Source of the DNA: a virus | Virus record (IMG/VR): IMGVR_UViG_3300032083_000683 | Span: 6,409-70,408 of that record | Length of the DNA: 64,000 nucleotides | Direction: 5' to 3' (one strand) | Shown here: in pieces, positions 56,431-64,000 of the stretch | Numbering within the stretch: position 1 is the stretch's first letter | How the letters are laid out: every line of letters starts with the position of its first letter | Made by a program: the position numbers and the translations under genes | Notes under the pieces: generated by a model | The model's input: only the letters and a program-made list of their open reading frames with translations | The model's database searches: none | What the model was told of the DNA's origin: nothing

Positions 56431-58371
56431 CTAACCATATGAAGTGTTTACTTCTGTGTATGCTGGAACACTATACCCTGCTGTGTTAAAGATATTTCTA
56501 AAGTAAGTGTACTGCTCACCACCACCTTGCCTCCATTCTCTTTGAAGTAAAATATCAAGATGGAATCTACCTTTGTTTGGATTTTGAAAATATGTTCCAA
56601 TGCCAGTAAATCCAGTATCAATACAAAGCTGTAAAAAGTCTTGCCTTTGCTTTGTTGTAAGCTTTCCTACAAAGATATCACACGCTTTTCCAGTTCTGTG
56701 TGGAAAAGAACCTTTAACAGCTGCATTTCTACGAATACCTCTAAATCCACTTGTGACAATTATTCTTGGTAAATCTGGATACGCATCTCTCCAAGAAACT
56801 GCAAGCTTGTCTATTAATTGACCTAACTCTGAGCGTATTCTTTTATCTACATCAGTATTCCAATCCCAAAGAGTTGATGTATATTCACTCTCTACAAACG
56901 CACCATCTAAATGAGATGAATACAATGCAAGTTTTGATTCACTCTTAAACCCAAAAGGGTCACCATTCCAAGTTTTACCATTGTCAACTGTCTTTTGTCG
57001 TAAAAATGCAACATCAGAATTATTTTGGCTAATGTAAGTTAAATTTCTTGGATTATCTAATTGGAAGTTTCCATCATAGTCATTCCATGAGCCAAGATAT
57101 CTTTCACTTTCAACTGGACTATCAGTAAAGACATCATTGTCCTCTTTTTGCTCGTCTTGTTGCTTACGCAAATCATCAGCTGCAACATAATTGTTTGCAA
57201 ATCCTTGTGGTATATCTGATGCTGGATAAGCATCTTGAACTTCTGATGTTGGATCTGATATAATAGTCGTAGGATTTTGAACATCTCTTTCTTGAGATTT
57301 ATTAAGATGAACTGTTGAAGCTTCTAAATCATATTCACCAGTTAAATCTAAATCATATCTGCCTGTGATTTCTGTTGATAAATCTGCACCATAAACTTCA
57401 GTAACTTTACCTGTAACATCTGTTCTTTGCGTTGAGCCGTAAACCTCATCTACTGTTCCATGCACTTCTTGCTTTAAGTCACCTCGCACAACTTCTGTTT
57501 TATTACCATCAACAATCGTAGTCATATTACCTTGCACATAGGTATTGATATCACCCTCAACTGTAAGATTAACTGAGCCTTTAACATTAACATATTCAGT
57601 TCCAACAACAACTTCAAACTTATCACCAACTACACGAATGGACTTTGTTCCGTCTGCATCAACCTCATAGAATGTTCCAGAGGTATGATACTCATGGATT
57701 CTTTCACTATTTTCTGTATCATCAAATTCTTTGATATGCCCACTTTCAGTTTCATAGACATGATTCTTTGGATAAACAGATTTGTATCTTGATGATAATT
57801 TAAGCGTTAATTCACTTGTTGCAAGCTCACCCCACTCATCACCAATTGAAGTCGTTACACTTTTTGTTCTTCCTTTAGGTGCAGTTGCTTCACTAAATTC
57901 CTCATCTTTTGTTTCTAAAACTTTATGCTCTTTTCCAGTATCATTTCTTGCAAGGCGATTTGTATCACTCTCTCCTAAGTCATGCCCAGATAAAGTGCTT
58001 GGATTTTGAGGATACACTCCATTAGGATCATTGAAACCTTTTAACTTATCTGATATAGATTCTGGAACGCCTGGAAGTGTTCCCATAATCATAGGCTGCT
58101 GTTTTTGCCTTGCGTCCATGAAGAATCCAACAACCCATGCACCCTCAACTAAAAATGATGGAGTCTTTCCCATACCTTGCATAGACGGATCGGTAACAGG
58201 ATGCATGACATGAGCCCATGGCAAATCTTCTGTGGGTATTAATTCTTTATTTTCTGTGTGATATCCTAAGCATCTTACACGAACTCTCCCTAATTTATCT
58301 GGATCGTTCCTATCTTCAACAACGCCAGTGAACCAGATAAATCCATCTAGTCCCATGTATTCAGTATTCAT
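56431..58371 (-). CDS. gp5: baseplate hub/spike gp5 with C-terminal peptidase M15 domain
   Basis: OB-fold GVVEDR.DP..LGRVRVR..G.H...LPWA, YP.NHV.ETESGH..EFDDT, V.G beta-helix repeats, then VTSGFR...N...H..GKACDI...FHLD. Confidence 0.88.
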   Translation of the reverse strand: MNTEYMGLDGFIWFTGVVEDRNDPDKLGRVRVRCLGYHTENKELIPTEDLPWAHVMHPVTDPSMQGMGKTPSFLVEGAWVVGFFMDARQKQQPMIMGTLPGVPESISDKLKGFNDPNGVYPQNPSTLSGHDLGESDTNRLARNDTGKEHKVLETKDEEFSEATAPKGRTKSVTTSIGDEWGELATSELTLKLSSRYKSVYPKNHVYETESGHIKEFDDTENSERIHEYHTSGTFYEVDADGTKSIRVVGDKFEVVVGTEYVNVKGSVNLTVEGDINTYVQGNMTTIVDGNKTEVVRGDLKQEVHGTVDEVYGSTQRTDVTGKVTEVYGADLSTEITGRYDLDLTGEYDLEASTVHLNKSQERDVQNPTTIISDPTSEVQDAYPASDIPQGFANNYVAADDLRKQQDEQKEDNDVFTDSPVESERYLGSWNDYDGNFQLDNPRNLTYISQNNSDVAFLRQKTVDNGKTWNGDPFGFKSESKLALYSSHLDGAFVESEYTSTLWDWNTDVDKRIRSELGQLIDKLAVSWRDAYPDLPRIIVTSGFRGIRRNAAVKGSFPHRTGKACDIFVGKLTTKQRQDFLQLCIDTGFTGIGTYFQNPNKGRFHLDILLQREWRQGGGEQYTYFRNIFNTAGYSVPAYTEVNTSYG

Positions 58372-58373
58372 AA

Positions 58374-58928
58374 CTATCCTATTTTTTCAAATGTAACTGT
58401 TGTGTATGCAAGTGTTGAGCTACCAAGAACATAATTACTATTATTGCTGTGTCCTTTAAACCATTGATAAAATATTTTATCAGTAGATGTATTTTCACAT
58501 TTAAAAGATGTCACATAAGAGCCAGTTAGCCGCATGTCATTATCTTCAATATTTTGAGTATTATTCAACATACTAATACTAGTAGAATTATTATCTTTAG
58601 TTGCTTTTAAAAACCACTGAGCTTGCCTTAATTGAGTACCACTAGAATAATAAAATGACCAATTACCACTTATCTTCCATAGTCCAGTTTTTGGAAAAGA
58701 AAATAAGCCACTTGTTGAATCAAATGACATTGCATCACCTTTAGTTGCACCACTCTGAAACTCGCTAGATAATGTAGTTTCTCTACTAAAATTAAGAATT
58801 GGTGTTGATCTATCCAAAAAATTACTTGTCAGCCACCAGACATCAACATTAGTTGTTTCAATTGAAGTATCCTCAACATTTGTAAAGAAATCACTTGAGC
58901 CGTGTCGTAATGTATTATAATCACTCAT
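58374..58928 (-). CDS. fibre-tip-like paralog 3
   Basis: DVWWL...MSFDSTSGLFSFPKTGLWKI...TFEKIG. Confidence 0.55.
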   Translation of the reverse strand: MSDYNTLRHGSSDFFTNVEDTSIETTNVDVWWLTSNFLDRSTPILNFSRETTLSSEFQSGATKGDAMSFDSTSGLFSFPKTGLWKISGNWSFYYSSGTQLRQAQWFLKATKDNNSTSISMLNNTQNIEDNDMRLTGSYVTSFKCENTSTDKIFYQWFKGHSNNSNYVLGSSTLAYTTVTFEKIG

Positions 58929-59463
58929 TTATTGAATCACCTATCCTTTCAAAAACTGCAAATGTTCTATTTGGTAGAGTTGAATCACCTCTTACATGAT
59001 TAGTTCCAGCAGCACCCACTATTCCCATAGCATAAAGATGTGTAGAAACATTTGGTATGTCAACTGTCATTTGGCTTGTTGTTACTGTTTCATATCCCTC
59101 AACTTCTACATAGGCTCTGTCTTTTAAAAGTCTATTATTTGTAGAACCACCATCAGCGCTGAGATAATGGTAAATGTCTATTATATCACCATCACTGTTT
59201 CTTGCATAAATCCACGCACTTAGAGATATAGAGTAAATGCCTGTGCGTGGAAAAGTCCAGTATCCAGTTGTTGAACTAACAGACATTGCAGTTCCCTTAT
59301 GAGCGGTATAAACATCTCCTCCACTCGTTAAGGTATTTGTCCAATTTTTAAAAAAAGTAGTTCCAGAGTGGTCTGAGTTTAAATGCCAATAATCTATGAT
59401 TTTTAAAGTAGTATTATCACCACCTCTTTTTCTACCATATCTTTGTCTATCATATCTAGGCAT
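58921..59463 (-). CDS. fibre-tip-like paralog 2
   Basis: MPRYDRQRYGR...DYWHL...MSVSSTTGYWTFPRTGIYSI...FERIGD. Confidence 0.55.
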   Translation of the reverse strand: MPRYDRQRYGRKRGGDNTTLKIIDYWHLNSDHSGTTFFKNWTNTLTSGGDVYTAHKGTAMSVSSTTGYWTFPRTGIYSISLSAWIYARNSDGDIIDIYHYLSADGGSTNNRLLKDRAYVEVEGYETVTTSQMTVDIPNVSTHLYAMGIVGAAGTNHVRGDSTLPNRTFAVFERIGDSINE

Positions 59464-59464
59464 A

Positions 59465-60085
59465 TTACAATTCTCCTATTTTTCTAAAAATGAGATGAGA
59501 TTCATTTTCATACGCAGTGCTTCCATAGATATTGTTAGTTGACTCATTATTGGATATATACGCTGCAAATCTATCAGTTGATGTATTAGTCACAGCAGCA
59601 ACCATAGATGGGGATTGTGAAAATTGATGCCCATGGCCTTCTACATAACTCCTACTGTACCAGCGGTTATAAAAATTAGTGCCACCATCAGTAGACCAAT
59701 AGAAACCAAAATTAAGATCATCTGCGTTACTTGTTGTTTGACTTATTGCAAAATGACCTTCTATTCTGTAAATGCCTTTAGTAGGAAAAGTAAACATAGG
59801 GTAAGTGCCTGTGCTGTCAAACTGAATACCAGTAGCTTCAGCATTGCCTGTTGAAGTGTTCTGGATTCTCTTTGGAGCTGTTTGCCCCATCAATCTAACT
59901 TCAGTAAGACTTGGATTAGTTGTAGACGAGTAATTAGTTGTATTATCATTTGTTCCTACCTTTTCCCAAGTCTGAGTTGCAGTTGAGCTGTTATAGGCAG
60001 CTTGTAAAAGAAATACATCAACTAATGCTTGATTTGGAGTTCCCCACAATCTTCTTCCGTATCTTTGCTGATTATAATTTGGCAT
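59465..60085 (-). CDS. fibre-tip-like paralog 1
   Basis: MPNYNQQRYGR...FTFPTKGIYRI...FRKIGE; late promoter at 60113-60120. Confidence 0.55.
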   Translation of the reverse strand: MPNYNQQRYGRRLWGTPNQALVDVFLLQAAYNSSTATQTWEKVGTNDNTTNYSSTTNPSLTEVRLMGQTAPKRIQNTSTGNAEATGIQFDSTGTYPMFTFPTKGIYRIEGHFAISQTTSNADDLNFGFYWSTDGGTNFYNRWYSRSYVEGHGHQFSQSPSMVAAVTNTSTDRFAAYISNNESTNNIYGSTAYENESHLIFRKIGEL

Positions 60086-60115
60086 ACTTTTTTTTCTCTT
60101 TTTTTTATTTATTAT

Positions 60116-60247
60116 TTATATTCCATAGTAATATCTTAAGATAATTCTTAATCCTATGAAAGAAATGAAAAGTGGAGTGCATGCCCAAATCCAAAATACC
60201 CAATGATGCAATCTGGATTTTTTTCTACTCCTATGAATGTTATTCAT
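60116..60247 (-). CDS. small putative membrane peptide
   Basis: Hand translation MNNIHRSRKKSRLHHWVFWIWACTPLFISFIGLRIILRYYYGI; ATGA overlap with the upstream gene. Confidence 0.45.
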   Translation of the reverse strand: MNNIHRSRKKSRLHHWVFWIWACTPLFISFIGLRIILRYYYGI

Positions 60248-60432
60248 TTATCGCTAGTTTTTGGGGGTAGGGCTCTATTCATATACTGCAAGAATTTAAA
60301 TGATTCTTGCTGAGTAGAGAAAAACTTTACTGGGCGCCCGTCTGGAACTCCCTCATTTTCATTAGATAAAGTCATCTCCCAAAACCCTAATCTGTTTTGA
60401 TATACGCACCATTTTTCTAATTTATCCCTCAT
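60244..60432 (-). CDS. hypothetical protein
   Basis: 62-aa ORF in a tightly packed run. Confidence 0.5.
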   Translation of the reverse strand: MRDKLEKWCVYQNRLGFWEMTLSNENEGVPDGRPVKFFSTQQESFKFLQYMNRALPPKTSDK

Positions 60433-60436
60433 GGGA

Positions 60437-60589
60437 TTATTTATATTTTTGAGGTATCCTTAAATTGTTTGCGTAAGAGTTTGGTATGGTGTATGATGCA
60501 AAAGATTTTGATTGATAATTGTAATCATTGTATATGGGTTTTCCATATTTATCTCTAGGTATTTCTGGTGCAAATGTATACTTTTTCAT
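60437..60589 (-). CDS. hypothetical small protein
   Basis: MKKYTFAPEIPRDKYGKPIY...; ATGA overlap with the upstream ORF. Confidence 0.45.
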   Translation of the reverse strand: MKKYTFAPEIPRDKYGKPIYNDYNYQSKSFASYTIPNSYANNLRIPQKYK

Positions 60590-60747
60590 TTTATAAAATC
60601 TTTTAACGCTCCTATTTGAACTTGTATTTCATAAATTAAATCTTCAAGAGATGTATTTTCTGTGCATGATTCAACTGCTAACTCATCTAATTTGTTTTCA
60701 ATTTCATTAATCTTATCTAGGAAAATTAAGACTTGCTCGTTTGTCAT
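60586..60747 (-). CDS. hypothetical small coiled-coil protein
   Basis: MTNEQVLIFLDKINEIENKLDELAVES...; fills the gap after uvsX. Confidence 0.5.
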   Translation of the reverse strand: MTNEQVLIFLDKINEIENKLDELAVESCTENTSLEDLIYEIQVQIGALKDFIK

Positions 60748-60761
60748 ACTCGTATTTAGTC

Positions 60762-61769
60762 TTATCCATATTTAAATTCTTTTGATGCAGCTTCATTAAG
60801 CAAGTCCATAATGTCTTGCGTAAAGTATTTCTCTGGCTCATTGTTAATGGTTTTTGCGTATTGCTTTGTTCCGTCTGGTAATTCAATGCGAGTAGAGACT
60901 TGCTTGAACATTCCGTATTTTAACGCTAAGTCTAACAGTCCGTAATACTTATCCAATCCTTTATTATAGGTTAGGCGAACATCAACCATTTTATTTTCTT
61001 GCGTTAATCTTGACTTATGATTCTTGCAATGAATAATATTACCAATCACCTCAGTACCATCTTTTTCTTTTTTCTTTGAGAGATACACAATTGACGAAGC
61101 TGCGTATTTTAATCCACTACCACCGCCCATCTCTTTAGTGGGAAACATACTCCCAACTACATCGTAAGTATGATTCGTGATTATCATAGGGATTTTCGCT
61201 TTGCCGAGCTTGAGGGTTAGAACTCTAAACGCCGCTTTTAGAACTTGCGCTCGTGTCATGTCACGAGTTTCTTTGCCTGAAGAAGTATCTTCTACCTCTT
61301 TGGTAGTGGATAACATTCCGAGAGAATCCAAGCACATGAGCATGGGACGCTTGTCTGCTTTCATTAGATAGGTGTCTAATACTTTGAGTGACTGCGTTCT
61401 GAACTCTTGAACTGTGGTAACTGGAAGTATTACCATTCTTTCTGAGTCAATTCCTCTGTCAACCACCATCTGCCTGGTAATCGCAGATTCTGATTCAAAG
61501 TATATGACACCAGCGTCAGGATTACTATCCAGAAAGTTTTTTACAATACCCATGAGAAAGAATGTCTTTCCTGTTGCAGATTCGCCTGCAAGTGCAGTTA
61601 TCTTATTTGCAGGCAATCCACCATACAAACTACCTGACAGTAATGCATTGAATATGTAAGAGCCAGTGTCAATAAAACTATCAACATCTCCTGCTTCAAC
61701 ACCATCAGAAACAAGAGATGCGTATTCGTTTCCAGTTTCTTTAATTATATCTTTGAGAAAATTACTCAT
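60762..61769 (-). CDS. uvsX: UvsX RecA-like recombinase
   Basis: [35 protein letters not shown]. Confidence 0.95.
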   Translation of the reverse strand: MSNFLKDIIKETGNEYASLVSDGVEAGDVDSFIDTGSYIFNALLSGSLYGGLPANKITALAGESATGKTFFLMGIVKNFLDSNPDAGVIYFESESAITRQMVVDRGIDSERMVILPVTTVQEFRTQSLKVLDTYLMKADKRPMLMCLDSLGMLSTTKEVEDTSSGKETRDMTRAQVLKAAFRVLTLKLGKAKIPMIITNHTYDVVGSMFPTKEMGGGSGLKYAASSIVYLSKKKEKDGTEVIGNIIHCKNHKSRLTQENKMVDVRLTYNKGLDKYYGLLDLALKYGMFKQVSTRIELPDGTKQYAKTINNEPEKYFTQDIMDLLNEAASKEFKYG

Positions 61770-61947
61770 TATACATACCCCCTCTTACATTGTATTTCCA
61801 ATTATCATCAACCTCTTTATTACTGACGAGATAATCTATCTTTTTTTCTAATTCATTTAATTTGTCTTTGATTTGCAGAACAGCAGATTCAATCTTTTCT
61901 ATTCTGTCATTTGGGTTCACATAGGGCTTTACTGTTGTTGTCGTCAT
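61762..61947 (-). CDS. hypothetical small protein
   Basis: 61 aa, overlapping both neighbours. Confidence 0.55.
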   Translation of the reverse strand: MTTTTVKPYVNPNDRIEKIESAVLQIKDKLNELEKKIDYLVSNKEVDDNWKYNVRGGMYNE

Positions 61948-62183
61948 ATCATTCTATCCTCATCAAGTATATTCATCATTTCATTGAGTATATCCTCAAA
62001 ATCATCATCAGGGTGCATACCTTTATCTATAACGACTTTGTGATACATCTCTTGAAGATTCTTTGAAATATCATTCACAAATCCCATATCCATATGACTG
62101 TAATATTCTTGAGGATAAAATGCGAGAGTGTACATGTCAATTTGATCGTCTAGTATTTTCTTTACTACTTCTTCTCTTGTCAT
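61944..62183 (-). CDS. hypothetical acidic protein
   Basis: Start moved to MTREEVV (ATGA overlap); HPDDDFEDI motif. Confidence 0.55.
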   Translation of the reverse strand: MTREEVVKKILDDQIDMYTLAFYPQEYYSHMDMGFVNDISKNLQEMYHKVVIDKGMHPDDDFEDILNEMMNILDEDRMI

Positions 62184-62329
62184 TTTAATTTCATTCCCAT
62201 AAAGATAAACATTGCAGTTAACATATAGAATGTCGCAGAGAGTATATCTCCGATACCCCAATTAACAATGGATAAGAGGACACACGCAAACAAGAGTCCT
62301 TGGCCGAATGGCTTAATAAAATTTTTCAT
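62180..62329 (-). CDS. small two-TM membrane protein
   Basis: MKNFIKPFGQGLLFACVLLSIVNWGIGDILSATFYMLTAMFIFMGMKLK; AAGGA RBS. Confidence 0.55.
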   Translation of the reverse strand: MKNFIKPFGQGLLFACVLLSIVNWGIGDILSATFYMLTAMFIFMGMKLK

Positions 62330-62430
62330 AATCAACTTTCCTTTTCTCTAAAATAGTTTACTGGATACTTATTGCATTTATAGATTACAAAGTGCATTAC
62401 AGTTTTAACCCCCCCACAAAGTTATCTACC

Positions 62431-62459
62431 AGTATACACTAGTGGTGTGCGAGTGTCAA
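62431..62459 (-). promoter_or_regulatory. sigma70 early promoter
   Basis: TTGACA-N17-TATACT. Confidence 0.7.
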
Positions 62460-62629
62460 CCCTTTTCTTCTACTGCGAGTGTTCCCCACATCATCAGAAA
62501 CACACCCACAGTCACCATTGCGAGAGTCACCCACATCTGCATAGGTGTGAGAGTATCCTCTACTCGCATGTATCCGCCACCAAAGTATACCATCACAACA
62601 CCTGTGACAAATCTGATTGTGCCTTTCAT
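62456..62629 (-). CDS. small two-TM membrane protein
   Basis: MKGTIRFVTGVVMVYFGGG...MWVTLAMVTVGVFLMMWGTLAVEEKG; GGAG RBS and ATGA overlap. Confidence 0.6.
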   Translation of the reverse strand: MKGTIRFVTGVVMVYFGGGYMRVEDTLTPMQMWVTLAMVTVGVFLMMWGTLAVEEKG

Positions 62630-62787
62630 GCACCAATCTCCATCTTAATGGTATCAATGTCATCTTGAATTTCAGAAACTTTATTATTCAAACTCTCCAA
62701 GAGTTCTTGATTCTTCTTCATCTTTGCGATGAACTCCTCTGAGTCCTTGTAGAACTTCTGAGTTATTTTATCTATTTCGTCAAACAT
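62626..62787 (-). CDS. small coiled-coil protein
   Basis: MFDEIDKITQKFYKDSEEFIAKMKKNQE...; AGGAG RBS. Confidence 0.6.
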   Translation of the reverse strand: MFDEIDKITQKFYKDSEEFIAKMKKNQELLESLNNKVSEIQDDIDTIKMEIGA

Positions 62788-62892
62788 ATTATAATACTCC
62801 TTGTAATAATGTTAAGAATTGTAAGTTAGAGTGTATGTCAATTAATATTAATGCAACCACTCCAATGAAAATATCTGATATCCAATTAGTCA

Positions 62893-63162
62893 TTATGCAG
62901 CCTCCAGCATAGAGAATGGAACAGTATATCTTCTACCAAGCATTTTAACAATCGCTCTCGTTTGATTGAGTTTCTCTATCACACCAGGCGTTCTCTTGGT
63001 TTTCTGAACAACTACGCAATTACTACCAACAGTTAATGCAGACTTCGCTTTCATTGTTTTGATTTGCTTAATTGTTTCTTGAACTTGCGCTAACTCTGAA
63101 ATGGTTAACCCCATAAGTGTATCAGTAAGGTTTTGCATATCTTTTCCTTTATTGTTAATCAT
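62893..63162 (-). CDS. hypothetical early protein (SH3/KOW-like C-terminus)
   Basis: L.VG..V.V......G.I.K.N.TRA.V......Y.VP.SML pattern. Confidence 0.6.
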   Translation of the reverse strand: MINNKGKDMQNLTDTLMGLTISELAQVQETIKQIKTMKAKSALTVGSNCVVVQKTKRTPGVIEKLNQTRAIVKMLGRRYTVPFSMLEAA

Positions 63163-63168
63163 ATACCC

Positions 63169-63270
63169 ATTATACCAGTTTGGTAGAGAATATCAATAGG
63201 TATTTTAAAATAAAAACCCTTATAAATCAAGGACTTAGAGGAATTGCATGTAAGTATCTGATTTATAAGG
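63169..63270 (-). promoter_or_regulatory. sigma70 promoter plus an inverted pair of IHF-like boxes
   Basis: TTGATA-N16-TATAAT (63196-63169); AATCAAGGACTTA at 63225-63237 and inverted AATCAGATACTTA at 63263-63251. Confidence 0.65.
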
Positions 63271-63278
63271 AAACTTTC

Positions 63279-63593
63279 TTAATTGTGTACTTCCCACCAA
63301 AGTTCTTTTAAATTCCCTATCCAGAAAGTATTCTTTGAATTATGGTAAGAAACACTGTATTTAACTGCATTAGGATAGAGTTTCTTCATACTCTCAAGAT
63401 ACTTCTCGCATCTGTCAATGAACTCAAAGATGAACTCTGAATCTCTTGCAAGCATCTCAAAGGTTTTCCAGAAAGAGTTTACTAGCACAGCCTCTCTCTC
63501 CAACTCTGCAGCTATGTGGGCAGAGTTACCTAGTTCCACCTCCTTTTGCAACTCTGCAACCTCACTCGGACTCATCTCTTTAGAGTAATTCAT
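63279..63593 (-). CDS. hypothetical early protein
   Basis: 104 aa, GAGGA RBS. Confidence 0.6.
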   Translation of the reverse strand: MNYSKEMSPSEVAELQKEVELGNSAHIAAELEREAVLVNSFWKTFEMLARDSEFIFEFIDRCEKYLESMKKLYPNAVKYSVSYHNSKNTFWIGNLKELWWEVHN

Positions 63594-63748
63594 AGTAAAT
63601 CCTCATCTTCATCATCAACTTCGTCCCAGTTGATTGTTTTAGCCATGTTGATAAGGTACTGCTGGTACTCTTTCTCGGTACTACACCCAGCGTTCTTCAT
63701 ATCCTCTGCAACCTTGTCTTGCATTAACTTCATAAACTCTTTATTCAT
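63590..63748 (-). CDS. hypothetical small acidic early protein
   Basis: MNKEFMKLMQDKVAEDMK...WDEVDDEDEDLL; GAGGA RBS; directly behind a promoter. Confidence 0.6.
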   Translation of the reverse strand: MNKEFMKLMQDKVAEDMKNAGCSTEKEYQQYLINMAKTINWDEVDDEDEDLL

Positions 63749-63780
63749 TTACTTTCCTCTTTATCGTTAATTACAAGACT

Positions 63781-63849
63781 AGTATACCACACTCTGCGAA
63801 TATGTCAAGAGATATTTCAAAGAAATATTCTTTTAGAATCAGGTACTTA
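63781..63849 (-). promoter_or_regulatory. sigma70 early promoter with upstream IHF-like box
   Basis: TTGACA-N16-TATACT (63808-63781); AATCAGGTACTTA at 63837-63849. Confidence 0.65.
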
Positions 63850-63874
63850 TACCTAGTGGCCTCTAGCACTAGAG

Positions 63875-63903
63875 AGTATATCACAGTTACTACCCTCTGT
63901 CAA
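63875..63903 (-). promoter_or_regulatory. sigma70 early promoter
   Basis: TTGACA-N17-TATACT. Confidence 0.65.
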
Positions 63904-64000
63904 CCCCCATGCTTACTGGTGTCTGGGGTGGTGGTGGACTTGACAAACTGATAAATAACTGTTAAAGTCCCACTCTCTCGCACACCTTTCTATGTTTTTT

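Noticed and set aside
62439-62668. Track ORFs 62439-62663(-), 62442-62648(+) and 62447-62668(+)
   Set aside because: A different minus-strand frame (62456-62629) has an RBS, an ATGA overlap and a sensible two-TM product.
1247-63770. Numerous plus-strand ORFs in the track (e.g. 13349-13888, 17923-18414, 54387-54845)
   Set aside because: They are antisense shadows of well-supported minus-strand genes, with no RBS and no recognisable motifs.
63900-63940. GC-rich possible hairpin or ncRNA near the right edge
   Set aside because: Pairing is weak and irregular, it sits between divergent promoter-like boxes, and context is cut by the window edge.
1-64000. CRISPR array, tRNA or rRNA genes
   Set aside because: No regularly spaced repeats with unique spacers, and no cloverleaf or T-loop signatures seen by eye; tRNAscan or Infernal would be needed to exclude them fully.

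Overview
A 64-kb segment of an AT-rich T4-like myovirus. Its gene content resembles marine pelagiphage/cyanophage-type T4 relatives, but the pqqA gene, ROSE element and IHF-like boxes point to a proteobacterial host. Almost all genes are on the minus strand. In transcription order (right to left) the window holds: an early region of small ORFs with sigma70 promoters; uvsX; three paralogous fibre-tip-like genes; the baseplate block (gp5 with a C-terminal M15 peptidase, gp25, gp6, PAAR, gp7, gp8 and a 2444-aa VrlC-like protein); fibre and chaperone genes; gp13-gp23; gp3, uvsY, uvsW, gp55, gp47, gp46; and accessory genes (seven 2OG-Fe(II) oxygenases, Mom-like protein, DNA methyltransferase, peptide deformylase, CobT/CobS-like pair, hsp20). 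Most notable observations: (1) a 23-aa PqqA precursor gene missed by the ORF track, between two terminators just after the capsid gene; (2) two back-to-back Hint domains lacking the +1 splicing nucleophile inside the giant baseplate protein; (3) a ROSE-type RNA thermometer on a late-promoter-driven hsp20; (4) IHF-consensus boxes at fixed, helically phased spacing upstream of four sigma70 promoters; (5) a Mom-like enzyme and a methyltransferase, both ending in a sliding-clamp-type motif; (6) an acidic LDGTD..NAGD micro-repeat shared by several unrelated virion-region proteins. All calls come from motif and synteny recognition by eye; no database searches were run.
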